Made by a program: the position numbers and the translations under genes. Shown piece after piece: positions 30,917 through 38,931 of a stretch of DNA of 46,511 nucleotides. Position 1 is the stretch's first letter, and the number at the start of each line of letters is the position of its first letter. Below the pieces are notes generated by a model that saw nothing but the letters and a program-made list of their open reading frames with translations, did not search any database and was not told the origin of the DNA. Source of the DNA: Actinomycetota bacterium (GTDB lineage: Bacteria; Actinomycetota; UBA4738; HRBIN12); contig DATLZM010000016.1 of assembly GCA_035573995.1 (NCBI GenBank), forward strand, positions 1-46,511, written 5' to 3'.

Positions 30917-31270
30917 ATGACCGAGCGATCGTCGAAGACGCTCCGCTACGCGAAGAGGGTCGACTCGCCCGACCAGCACGAGGATCGTCCGGGGCAGACC
31001 CTCGTCACCCGGAACCCGGACGTGATCCGCCGGTGGGCGGAGGAACGGGGAGCGACGCCCGCGACGGCCAGCAGGCGTGAGGGTCGACCCGCCACCCTCC
31101 GGTTCGACTTCCCCGGCTACGGGGGCGAGGGCCTCGAGCCGGTGCCGTGGGACGAGTGGCTCCAGGTGTTCGAGGAACGACGGCTCAACTTCATCTACCA
31201 GGAACACAAGGCGGACGGGTCGCAGAGCAACTTCTTCCGCCTGGAGAGCCCGGAGCGGGAGGAGGCGTAG
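30917..31270 (+). CDS. conserved hypothetical protein
   Basis: ORF 30917..31270. GAGGAGGGAGG upstream. LVT..PDVIRRWAEERGATPA...LRFDFPG...W.EW..VFEERRLNFIYQ pattern. High GC3. Confidence 0.65.
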   Translation: MTERSSKTLRYAKRVDSPDQHEDRPGQTLVTRNPDVIRRWAEERGATPATASRREGRPATLRFDFPGYGGEGLEPVPWDEWLQVFEERRLNFIYQEHKADGSQSNFFRLESPEREEA

Positions 31271-31289
31271 CGGTGGGGAGGTGAGGCGC

Positions 31290-31589
31290 GTGGCTGTCTG
31301 TTCGATGTGTGGGAACGATTACGATAAGGCGTTCGAGGTACGGATGCCGGGGGGCGCCGGGGGCACCTTCGACAGCTTCGAGTGCGCCATCTCGGCGCTG
31401 GCGCCCCGGTGCGAGCACTGCGGCTGCGCGGTGATCGGCCACGGGGTCGAGGCGGACGGCGCGATCTTCTGCTGCGCCTCGTGCGCCAGGGCGATGAACG
31501 TCGGAGGGGTCCGGGATCGGGCCGAGCAGGTCCCCGCCGAGGAGCAGCTCCGGGGGATCGGGCCGACGCGGCCTCCCGCGGAGAGCTGA
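31290..31589 (+). CDS. Cys-rich metal-binding hypothetical protein
   Basis: Within ORF 31077..31589. CSMCGNDYDKAFEV...FDSFECAISALAPRCEHCG...GHGVE...FCCASCA. The start is GTG 31290 or 31281, or ATG 31305. Confidence 0.6.
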   Translation: MAVCSMCGNDYDKAFEVRMPGGAGGTFDSFECAISALAPRCEHCGCAVIGHGVEADGAIFCCASCARAMNVGGVRDRAEQVPAEEQLRGIGPTRPPAES

Positions 31590-31611
31590 GGTCCGAGCTT
31601 CACCTCCGTGC

Positions 31612-32175
31612 TCACGGGCGGGGGCCCGGAGGCCCGGAGCGGCCCGGAGGCCCGGAACGGCGGAGCGCGATCGGCTCGAGTTCGGCCAGGACCTCGGTGG
31701 CGCGGTCAACGATGGCGACAGCATCCGCGTGTACGCCCACGTCCACCGGACCTTCCGCGCGCGGCTCGAAGGTGAGCTCCCAGGGTTCGCTCGCACGCAG
31801 GCCACCCACCCCCGACAGGAACCCACCCACCCCGCCTCCCAGGATCCCCCCGCCGAGGGCCGCCATCGCGGTCACGAGCGCTGGGAGCTCCCCCCGAACG
31901 GCGAGGACCGCCGCGACGCCGGCCACGCCCCCGAGGACGGCCCCGATCCCGCTCCCCATGACCAGGCGCCTCCCCAACCACCCCAGCGCCGCTCCCTCCC
32001 TGGCCCGCACCTCCCCCTGCCGCTCCTCGGCTCGGCGGATCCCCGGGCCGGAGAGCGAGATCGCGCGCGCTTCGACCCCCGCGCGCTCGAGCGCCCCGAT
32101 CGCCTCCCTGGCCCGTTCCGGTCCCGGGAAGCGAGCGACGACGTTGTAGGCGGCGGGGCGCCCCTCGGTGGCCAC
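31612..32175 (-). CDS. general-stress-type protein (YflT-like N-domain plus Gly-zipper membrane segment)
   Basis: Last 187 codons of ORF 31612..33069 from GTG 32175. YNVVARFPGPERAREAIGALERAGVEARAISL, then GSGIGAVLGGVAGVAAVLA...GGGILGGGVGGFLSGVGG. Confidence 0.6.
   Translation of the reverse strand: MATEGRPAAYNVVARFPGPERAREAIGALERAGVEARAISLSGPGIRRAEERQGEVRAREGAALGWLGRRLVMGSGIGAVLGGVAGVAAVLAVRGELPALVTAMAALGGGILGGGVGGFLSGVGGLRASEPWELTFEPRAEGPVDVGVHADAVAIVDRATEVLAELEPIALRRSGPPGRSGPPGPRP
31624..31659. repeat. 18-nt tandem duplication (2 copies, 1 mismatch) inside the 3' end of the CDS
   Basis: gcccggaggcccggagcg / gcccggaggcccggaacg. Encodes the repeated SGPPGR at the protein C-terminus. Confidence 0.7.
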
Positions 32176-32183
32176 GGGCGGGG

Positions 32184-32372
32184 TTAGACGTCGAAGATGC
32201 TCACGCCGCCGGGCCCGATCAGGAGCCCGAGCACGATCAGGGCGATGCCGGCCAGCACACCGCCGCGGACGATCGTGACGATGCCGGCGACCACGAGAGC
32301 AGCGGCGATCAGCCACAGGAGGGTGGCGACGCCGGACGCCTGCGCGAGCAGGGCGAAGGTGGCAGCGATCAT
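32184..32372 (-). CDS. GPGG-motif small membrane protein (62 aa)
   Basis: ATG 32372 with AGGAGG 5 nt upstream. Two TM helices ending in LLIGPGGVSIFDV. Confidence 0.65.
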   Translation of the reverse strand: MIAATFALLAQASGVATLLWLIAAALVVAGIVTIVRGGVLAGIALIVLGLLIGPGGVSIFDV

Positions 32373-32427
32373 GGGAACCTCCTGCGTCCAGGCCCGACCC
32401 ATCTGGTCGGGCGCTCCACCCGCTCCG

Positions 32428-32453
32428 ATACCCTCCCTCGGGGCGGGCCAAAC
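32428..32453 (-). promoter_or_regulatory. SigB/SigF-type promoter-like element (GTTT-N16-GGGTAT)
   Basis: On the minus strand, GTTT at 32453-32450 and GGGTAT at 32433-32428. About 55 nt upstream of the ATG at 32372. Confidence 0.5.
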
Positions 32454-32556
32454 GGCGTCCCCATAGGTCGTCGGCGGGTCGCTCGCTTGAAGGTAGGTGC
32501 CATTTGATATAGGAAGGCGCCGGGAGCGTCGTCCGAGGCCGCGGCAAGGGGGACCC

Positions 32557-32724
32557 GTGGAGAGGGCCGAAGGCAGCCGGGGGAAGGTGATCCTGCGGGC
32601 GACCAAGGGATCGAGCACCGTCACGCTCATGCTCACGCGCGAAGCGGCGGAGGCCCAGCGCGAGCGGTACGAGGCCGATGGCTGGGAGGTCGAGATCGAG
32701 GAACCGGACGAGGAGGGCGTCTAG
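32557..32724 (+). CDS. small hypothetical protein (55 aa)
   Basis: GTG 32557 within ORF 32497..32724, with AAGGGGGA upstream. VERAEGSRGKVILRATKGSSTVTLMLTREAAEAQRERYEADGWEVEIEEP. High GC3. Confidence 0.45.
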   Translation: MERAEGSRGKVILRATKGSSTVTLMLTREAAEAQRERYEADGWEVEIEEPDEEGV

Positions 32725-35700
32725 GCGGGAGCCACGCGGAGCGCGAGGAGCGCCGCGTCGTCGGCCAGCGGCTCCGGGGCGAACGCGAGGAGCTCCGTCC
32801 GGAGCGTCTCCACGATTTCCTGCGCCGAGGACCCGGCGAGCGAAGCCAGGAGGCGGCCGAAGGCCCGCTCGCCGAAGGCCTGCCCCTCTCGGCGCCGCTC
32901 GTCGACGCCGTCGGTGACGAGGAGCAGCCCCTGACCCGGAGGCAGCTCGACGGGGACGTCGTAGAGCGCGAGCTCCGAGGAGACCCCGAGGAGACCGCCC
33001 GGCCGACCAACAGGCTGGGCACCCCCCGAGGGCGCGAGGAGGAGCGGCAGGGGATGGCCCGCCGAGCAAACCGTGGCACGGAACCCGACCTCCTCGCGCT
33101 CGAGGAGGACACAGCAGACGGTGCAGAAGACCTCCTCCTCCGCCTGGTCGAGGAGGGCCCGATTCACGAGCCCGAGGATGCGGGAGGGGCTCCGTTCCCG
33201 GAGCGCGCCGACCCGGACCGCCTGCCGGACCAGGTTCCCGGTCGCGGCGGCCTGGGCGCCGCGACCGGAGACGTCGCCCATCATCGCCATCCAGCGCTCG
33301 TCCCCAGCTTCGAACACGTCGAACAGATCCCCGCCGACCGAGACGCCCTCGCCGAACGGGAGGTACGCGGCGGCCACCTCGAGCCCGGGGATGTCGGGCA
33401 GGCGCGGCGGGAGGAGGCTCTCCTGCAGGAGGGTCGCGGTGCGCCGCTCCCGCTCGTACAGCGCCGCCCGATCCAGGGCCTGCGCGAGCTGGCGCCCGAC
33501 GGATTCGATGAATCGGAGATCGTCGTCGGCGATCCGGACGTTGCGGCGGAACGCGACGTGCAGGACCCCCGCCACGGTCCCGCGGTCGGTGAGCGGGACG
33601 CTGACGCTCGCCCGGTCGCCGGCCGCGGCCCTGACCTCAGCGAGCCGCGGCCACCGCCGGGCGAGTTCCGCCGGCGAGCGCACCACGACGGTCCCTTGGG
33701 AGCGGGCCGCCTCCGCGAGCGGACCCTCTAGGTCGAGGGGGACCTCGCGGTGGCGCTCGAGACGGTCCTCGGGGTAGCCGACGGAGGCCGCGAGCTCGAA
33801 GGCGGAGCGCTCGCGGTCGACCACGTAGACCGCCCCGGCGTCCGCGCCGAGGGCCGGCAGGACCTGCTGGAGGACCGCCACCCCGACCTCCTCCGAGGTC
33901 CTCGCGCCGGACAGCGCAGCCGAGACCCCGTACAGCTGCGCGTTGCGGACGGCGGCCCGCTCCGCCTCCCTGCGGGCCCGCCGCTGGTCGCGGTAGAGCT
34001 GCGCGTTGTCGATCGCCGCGGCTGCCCGCCGCGCGACCTCCATGAAGAACGGCAGGTCGGCCTCGCCGAAAGCTCGAGCCGGGTCGGTGCACGCGAACAC
34101 GATCGCCCCCAGGACCGAGCCCCTCGCGCGGAGAGGGACCACCACCTTCGAAACGACGCCGAGGGTCCGCAGGAAGCGCTCGTGCTCGGCGTCGCCGTCC
34201 TGCCCGGACCCGATGGTCCGGACGAGGAGCGGCTCGCCGGTGCGCATCGCGCGGACCACCCGGGGGGACAGCGTGTCCCCGAACCGCTCCACGTACCGGC
34301 GGACCACCGACTTCATCTCCGGATCGCGGTGGGCGACCTTCGTCCGGAGCGGGCCATCGCCGTCCCGGAGGTAGACGACGCACCAGTCCGCGAGGCCATG
34401 GACGGCGAGTTGCGCGATCCGCTCGAGGGTCCGCTCGTGGTTCAGGCCGGACCCGAGCACCTCCCCGGCCGCAGCGAGGAAGCGCTGCCGCTCCTCCTCC
34501 CGTCGGCGCCCGGTCACGTCTCGGAAGAACCAGGCCCGACCGAACAGCGTGCCGTCGTCGCCGAGGATCGGTGCCGTGTGGCGCTCGAGCACCCGCCCGT
34601 CACGCAGCGGGATCTCGTCCCAGCCCTCCTCGTTGGGATGGTCGTAGAGATAGCGGACCCGCGCATAGAACCCGTCGGGGTCCGCGAGCTGGTCCCGGAC
34701 CCAGGCGAGGGCCGCCTCGTCGTCCCGCGAGTCGAGCACCTCCTCGGGGAGTCCCCACAGCTCCGCGAACCGGCGGTTGAAGGAGATCATCTGCCCCTGG
34801 GGCGATACCACGAGGATCCCCTCCTGGCTCGCCTCGGCCTGCAGCTCGAGCAGCGTCTTCTGGAACCGCAGGTCGCGCTCGAGCTCCTTGTGGCCCGTGA
34901 GGTCGGTGATCACGTTCACGGCGAAGGCGGGGCGCCCGTCCTCGTCCGGCACCGGCCGCGCCTTCACCAGGCGCCACGAGCGCCGGCCGGTCCGCCGGTC
35001 CACGACCTGGAGGGTGGCCTCCGGCTCCGGTTCCCCCCGCAGTGCCCTCCGACCGGGCAAGCGGTCGGGGTCCAACGGGCGGCCATCCTCGTCCAGCACC
35101 TCGAATCGCGCGAGGAGCTCCGGGGTGGGGGTCGCGAGCAGCGCCCCTGGGGATGGGAGCCCGGCCATCCTCGCCGCGACCACGTTCGCGTACACCAGCC
35201 GCCCGTCACGGTCCTGCACGGTGATCCCGTCGGCCAACCCCTGGGTCATCACGTCCAGCAAACGCCGGGACCGCTCGAGGTCGGCCTCGGCGCGCCGCCG
35301 GTCCACCGCGAACGCGACCTGCGAGGCGACCGCCCGGGCGGCGAGCACCTCGTCCGGGGTGAACGCGTGGGGCTCGTCGAAGTACAGCATGAACTTCCCC
35401 AGGAGACGCCCGGCCGACAGGAGCGGGATGAACGCCAGCGCTCGGATCCCCTCCGCCTCGATCGCCGGGAGCAACGGCGCCAGGGCGGGTTGTGCGCCCG
35501 CGTCCTCCACGAGGACGGGCGCGGGATCCCGCTCGCCCGGCTGCCACGGCGAGTGGCCCTCGACGGCGGCCCGGTACGCCGCCGACAGGCCTCGCCACGC
35601 GCGGAACCGCATCACCCCACCGCGATCCGAGAGGAGGACCGCCGCGCGGTCCGGCCCCACCGTCCGATCGAGCGCCTCCAGCGCGTGGCCCAGCACCTCG

Positions 35701-35798
35701 TCGAGGTCCTCCGCGCGGGACACGGCGTCGCTGAGGCGCCACAGGCTGTCGAGGTCCTCGAGGAGGCGGAGCCTGGGGTCTCGGAGCCCTTCCCTCAT
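32721..35798 (-). CDS. multi-sensor PP2C (SpoIIE/RsbU-type) protein phosphatase: GAF-PAS-PAS-GAF-GAF-PP2C
   Basis: ORF 32721..35930, with ATG 35798 preferred as the start. PAS-like blocks (ITVQDRDGRLVYAN; GILVVSPQGQMISFN). GAF-like blocks. C-terminal PP2C (GGDLFDV, MMGDVSGRG, LLVTDGVDE). Confidence 0.85.
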   Translation of the reverse strand: MREGLRDPRLRLLEDLDSLWRLSDAVSRAEDLDEVLGHALEALDRTVGPDRAAVLLSDRGGVMRFRAWRGLSAAYRAAVEGHSPWQPGERDPAPVLVEDAGAQPALAPLLPAIEAEGIRALAFIPLLSAGRLLGKFMLYFDEPHAFTPDEVLAARAVASQVAFAVDRRRAEADLERSRRLLDVMTQGLADGITVQDRDGRLVYANVVAARMAGLPSPGALLATPTPELLARFEVLDEDGRPLDPDRLPGRRALRGEPEPEATLQVVDRRTGRRSWRLVKARPVPDEDGRPAFAVNVITDLTGHKELERDLRFQKTLLELQAEASQEGILVVSPQGQMISFNRRFAELWGLPEEVLDSRDDEAALAWVRDQLADPDGFYARVRYLYDHPNEEGWDEIPLRDGRVLERHTAPILGDDGTLFGRAWFFRDVTGRRREEERQRFLAAAGEVLGSGLNHERTLERIAQLAVHGLADWCVVYLRDGDGPLRTKVAHRDPEMKSVVRRYVERFGDTLSPRVVRAMRTGEPLLVRTIGSGQDGDAEHERFLRTLGVVSKVVVPLRARGSVLGAIVFACTDPARAFGEADLPFFMEVARRAAAAIDNAQLYRDQRRARREAERAAVRNAQLYGVSAALSGARTSEEVGVAVLQQVLPALGADAGAVYVVDRERSAFELAASVGYPEDRLERHREVPLDLEGPLAEAARSQGTVVVRSPAELARRWPRLAEVRAAAGDRASVSVPLTDRGTVAGVLHVAFRRNVRIADDDLRFIESVGRQLAQALDRAALYERERRTATLLQESLLPPRLPDIPGLEVAAAYLPFGEGVSVGGDLFDVFEAGDERWMAMMGDVSGRGAQAAATGNLVRQAVRVGALRERSPSRILGLVNRALLDQAEEEVFCTVCCVLLEREEVGFRATVCSAGHPLPLLLAPSGGAQPVGRPGGLLGVSSELALYDVPVELPPGQGLLLVTDGVDERRREGQAFGERAFGRLLASLAGSSAQEIVETLRTELLAFAPEPLADDAALLALRVAPA

Positions 35799-36085
35799 GC
35801 CGACGCCTTCCGGCAGGGGATGACGTTCACCGGGGAAGGAGATCGACGACCGGCCCCCCGCCGAGGCGTCGTCGCGCCCCTCGGGCGGCCTGGCCACGGG
35901 GGCTGGGGAGCGAGCACGCCCTGACTTCATACGTGCGCGCGGACACCCGTGTCAACCGTGCGTCCTGCTGGTCGCGCCGTGCGGGCTCCCGCCGGCCCGC
36001 GCCTCAGCAGGTCGATCCTCCTCGTGCGGACCCAACGATCGGCATCTGGGTTGGCCGGCGTGCCGTCGTGGGGATAGATACGGAC

Positions 36086-36346
36086 GTGGACGTTGCTGGC
36101 ATCGCGTGGGTGCTCCCGCTCGCCGCGCCCCACGCCGCGGATGCTCCACCGGGAGGCGTCGACCTGGTGCTGGCGTTCCTCGCCGGGCTCACGGTGCTCC
36201 CGCTCGCGTACTGGGTCTGGCGCTCCCGGACGCATCGGCGCTGGTACCGCTGCCAGGTGGCGAGCGTCCAGGAGGACGCCGAGCGAGCCCTTCGGGACCC
36301 GGTCCTGATCCACCAGGCACGACGACAGCTCAGGCGTCGGTCTTGA
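36086..36346 (+). CDS. possible small membrane protein
   Basis: GTG 36086 within ORF 35933..36346. One hydrophobic helix (VDLVLAFLAGLTVLPLAYWVW) and a basic tail. GC3 is high but there is no clear SD. Confidence 0.3.
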   Translation: MDVAGIAWVLPLAAPHAADAPPGGVDLVLAFLAGLTVLPLAYWVWRSRTHRRWYRCQVASVQEDAERALRDPVLIHQARRQLRRRS

Positions 36347-36403
36347 GCCGCGAGGAACGGGCGGGCAGCGGTCCGCCCGCCCGTTCCCCCGTTCCTCCAC
36401 GGC

Positions 36404-36730
36404 CTAGATCAAGCGACGCTTGCCCGCCGCCGCGCGGACCAACAAGACGAGCGCCACGGCGACGAGGATCGAGGCGATCCAGTCGACCCCGGGCGTCTCC
36501 TGGAGCATGGCACCCGCGAGCCACCCACCTGCGACCGCGCCGATCACGCCGATCACGAGGGTCCCGAGCAGGCCGACGGGGTCGCGGCCGGGTACGAGGA
36601 GCCGCGCCAGGGCCCCGACCACCAGGCCCACCAGGACGTAGCCGAGGATCGATGCGATGTCGACCTCTGCACGCGCGCGGGCCGCGGCGATCGACGCCGC
36701 GACGGCGATCTCGTGGGATCCGTTCAGCAT
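36404..36730 (-). CDS. GlsB/YeaQ/YmgE-family stress-response membrane protein
   Basis: VGLVVGALARLLVPGRDPVGLLGTLVIGVIGAVAGGWL. ATG 36730 with AGGAGGG upstream. Confidence 0.8.
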   Translation of the reverse strand: MLNGSHEIAVAASIAAARARAEVDIASILGYVLVGLVVGALARLLVPGRDPVGLLGTLVIGVIGAVAGGWLAGAMLQETPGVDWIASILVAVALVLLVRAAAGKRRLI

Positions 36731-36877
36731 GGTTCCCTCCTTCCTGGATCACGTCCCCTGCGGCTCGGGGCAGCCGCCTCGACGGGCTCGACCACGCGGA
36801 TCTCGCTCCGACCCTCCGCGATCCACCGGCTCGGCGAGCCGGCGACCCTCGGCGCCACCTCCGAGAGGATGGGGCGA

Positions 36878-36905
36878 GGGGGATCGGGGGCGGTCCCGAT
36901 CCCCC
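36878..36905 (-). terminator. strong GC hairpin (possible terminator or attenuator)
   Basis: GGGGGATCGGG (36878-36888) pairs with CCCGATCCCCC (36895-36905) around a 6-nt loop. Lies 17 nt downstream of the stop at 36922 on the minus strand. No U-tract. Confidence 0.3.
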
Positions 36906-36921
36906 ATCGTCCCGGGGGTCG

Positions 36922-37410
36922 CTACTCGTGGGCGTGGTCGGGAGCGATGTCGGCTGGAAGGGGGGATCCGCCGACGAAGCCGCCCACGAGCGCGACGACC
37001 GAACCGATCAACAGCAGCCAGGCCCCGAGGCCCAGCGCCTCCGGCAGCGGAGCCTCGGCCCGGTACCGCTGGATCACGAACAGCGCGAAGCCGACGACGC
37101 CGAGGGCACCGGCCAGCCTGGTGAGGCCTCCACCGCGGAGCGCGAGGCCGAGGACCGCCAGCAGGCCGATGGCGATCGCGACCGCGCCGACGCTGGCGAC
37201 GAACATCTCGGCCCGTTCCGGCTGGGCCGCCCAGAAGGCCCGGACGTCGAGCTGGGTCCCCACGACCCCCTCGGTCCAGGGCAGGAACGCGCTGACGATC
37301 GTGAGCGCCGCCCCGGTGAGGCCGAGGGCCATCCTCCCCGCGAGGCCTGCCACCGCGCCGCCTGTCCGGTGGCGGTGCGCGACCCCTCCGTGCGCGTGGT
37401 GCGTGGACAT
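36922..37410 (-). CDS. membrane protein with His-rich termini
   Basis: ORF 36922..37410. MSTHHAHGGVAHRHR N-terminus, four hydrophobic helices, and an APDHAHE C-terminus. Confidence 0.65.
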   Translation of the reverse strand: MSTHHAHGGVAHRHRTGGAVAGLAGRMALGLTGAALTIVSAFLPWTEGVVGTQLDVRAFWAAQPERAEMFVASVGAVAIAIGLLAVLGLALRGGGLTRLAGALGVVGFALFVIQRYRAEAPLPEALGLGAWLLLIGSVVALVGGFVGGSPLPADIAPDHAHE

Positions 37411-37429
37411 AGCGCCGCTCCTTCCCCGG

Positions 37430-37597
37430 CTACACCAGGGCCGGGATCAGATACCGGGCGATGAAGTACAGGACCGCCACCAGCATCAGGAAGATGAAGC
37501 CGTACTTCACGAGGGCGAAGCTGGTCAGCCCATTCGCCTCGGGCTCCCCCACGTCGTGCGTGTGGCGGTCGTGCTCGAGGTGCGGGTCGTGCGCCAT
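37430..37597 (-). CDS. small membrane protein with His-rich N-terminus (55 aa)
   Basis: ATG 37597 with GGGAGG 7 nt upstream. MAHDPHLEHDRHTHDVGEPE followed by one TM helix (FALVKYGFIFLMLVAVLYFIA). Confidence 0.55.
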   Translation of the reverse strand: MAHDPHLEHDRHTHDVGEPEANGLTSFALVKYGFIFLMLVAVLYFIARYLIPALV

Positions 37598-37656
37598 GCG
37601 GATACCTCCCCGCGACCGGTCCCGGGTCGCATCGATTTCCCGTTCCAGCGAGACGC

Positions 37657-37683
37657 GTACCCCTCCGGGTGGGTGGAGCAAAC
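37657..37683 (-). promoter_or_regulatory. SigB/SigF-type promoter-like element (GTTT-N17-GGGTAC)
   Basis: On the minus strand, GTTT at 37683-37680 and GGGTAC at 37662-37657. About 60 nt upstream of the ATG at 37597. Confidence 0.4.
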
Positions 37684-37713
37684 CTGGTGTGGAGGGATCG
37701 GGCCCGCCGACGC

Positions 37714-38124
37714 TCAGCGGCCGGGCTCGAGCGCGACCGAGAACCGAGCCATCGCTCCCAGGTCGTCCTCGAGGAGCTCGGCGTCCTCGAACAGCAGGCG
37801 TACGAGCTCGATACCCCCGGGCCACGGCTCGCCCCACACGCCGTTGGGTGGACCGGAGCGCCCGCCGGCGGTGCGCACCCCGAAACGCAGGCGCCCGCCT
37901 TCCCTCGCGATCTCGAGGCGGATCGAGCCGACCGGCTCCGAGCCCGTGACCGCCGCCCAGGCCTCGGAGATGGCGAGCTTCACGTCGTCCACCACGGCCT
38001 CCTGGCACCCGGCCTGCCGCGCGATCGCCGAAGCGAAGACGCGCGCCGTGGCCAGGAACGGGGGCTCGGCGGGGAGCTCCAGCACGAAGACCCGCTCCCG
38101 AGGTGGGGCCTCGGGATCGCTCAT
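37714..38124 (-). CDS. RsbW/SpoIIAB-like anti-sigma-factor-fold protein, apparently kinase-dead
   Basis: ATG 38124 overlaps the STAS stop (ATGA). The fold-level pattern (ATARVFASAIARQAG..DDVKLAISEAWAAV..IRLEI) resembles RsbW, but the N-box Asn is absent. Confidence 0.6.
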   Translation of the reverse strand: MSDPEAPPRERVFVLELPAEPPFLATARVFASAIARQAGCQEAVVDDVKLAISEAWAAVTGSEPVGSIRLEIAREGGRLRFGVRTAGGRSGPPNGVWGEPWPGGIELVRLLFEDAELLEDDLGAMARFSVALEPGR

Positions 38125-38540
38125 CCTGGGCCCGCGGACGCCGTCGCGCGTTCGACGGAGGCGTGGATCGGGAAGAGCTGATCCAGCCCGGTGATCGCGA
38201 GCACGCGTCGGACGGCGCCTTCTCCGCACACCAGAGCCAGCTCTCCGCCGCGCTCCCGCAGCCGCCGGAGGCCGCCGATCAACACGCCGAGGCCGCTCGA
38301 GTCCATGAACGAGACGTCGACCAGGTCGACGACGACCCTGGTGGCGCCGCCCTCGATGGCGCCGAGGAGCCGCTCACGCAGCCGGGGTGCCGTGTACAGG
38401 TCGACCTCGCCGGCCGCCCGTAGGATCGTCCAGCCCGCCTCGTCCCGGGTATCGATCGAGAGATCGATGACGATTCCTCCTCCTCGCTCCGCACCGCCCG
38501 CCGACGGGCGGGACCTCGCGGCTAGTATAGGCGCACCCAT
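38121..38540 (-). CDS. STAS-domain anti-sigma-factor antagonist (RsbV/SpoIIAA-like)
   Basis: LRAAGEVDLYTAPRLRERL, VVVDLVDVSFMDSSGLGVLIG (phosphorylatable Ser region), RVLAITGLDQLFPI. The only canonical start is ATG 38540. The first ~22 codons use rare ATA/CTA codons and contain a GGAGGAGGA box, so the real start may be near 38474-38466. Confidence 0.8.
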   Translation of the reverse strand: MGAPILAARSRPSAGGAERGGGIVIDLSIDTRDEAGWTILRAAGEVDLYTAPRLRERLLGAIEGGATRVVVDLVDVSFMDSSGLGVLIGGLRRLRERGGELALVCGEGAVRRVLAITGLDQLFPIHASVERATASAGPG

Positions 38541-38931
38541 GCCTCCGCCCTCCAGCGAGATCCTGGCGTCGGTCCCCGCGAGCCCGGAGTACGTGCACGC
38601 GTTGCGATCGGTCGCCGCGAGCGTAGCGGCCCGGCTCGACCTCTCCTACGACGAGCTGGAGGATCTGCGGCTCCTGGTCGACGAGGCCTGCGGGCGCCTG
38701 CTCGCGGACGGCACCGCGGAAACCCTGACGCTCAGGATGGCCCTCGCGGGGGAGGACGTCGCCATCGAGGTTGGCACCGAGGGACCCCCGGGCGCCTGGC
38801 CCCCGACCGGGCCGGCCTACGAGCTCTCGGCGCGGATCCTCTCCACGCTCGCCCGCGAGGTCCGCTTCGAGGTGGTCGAGGGCCGGCGCGTGGTCCGGAT
38901 GTTGGTCCGGCCCCGGCGGGTGGGGCGATGA
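38539..38931 (+). CDS. RsbW-like anti-sigma-factor-fold protein, apparently kinase-dead, translationally coupled to the sigma factor
   Basis: Last 130 codons of ORF 38191..38931. VHALRSVAASVAARLDLSYDELEDLRLLVDEACGRLL...LTLRM. No N-box Asn. The stop overlaps the sigma-factor ATG (ATGA). Confidence 0.6.
   Translation: MPPPSSEILASVPASPEYVHALRSVAASVAARLDLSYDELEDLRLLVDEACGRLLADGTAETLTLRMALAGEDVAIEVGTEGPPGAWPPTGPAYELSARILSTLAREVRFEVVEGRRVVRMLVRPRRVGR

Noticed and set aside
36731-36877. Searched the gap upstream of the first GlsB gene, and the regions upstream of dps (26030-26181), the protease gene (19298-19334) and the SRPBCC gene (21805-21893), for the GTTT/GGGTA motif.
   Set aside because: No match was found. 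These genes are either co-transcribed with upstream genes or use other promoters.
38447-38452. GGGTAT inside the STAS coding region as an autoregulatory promoter for the anti-sigma/sigma operon.
   Set aside because: There is no GTTT-like box at 15-17 nt upstream (CGTC/GTCC/TCGT instead). It is kept only as a weak possibility.
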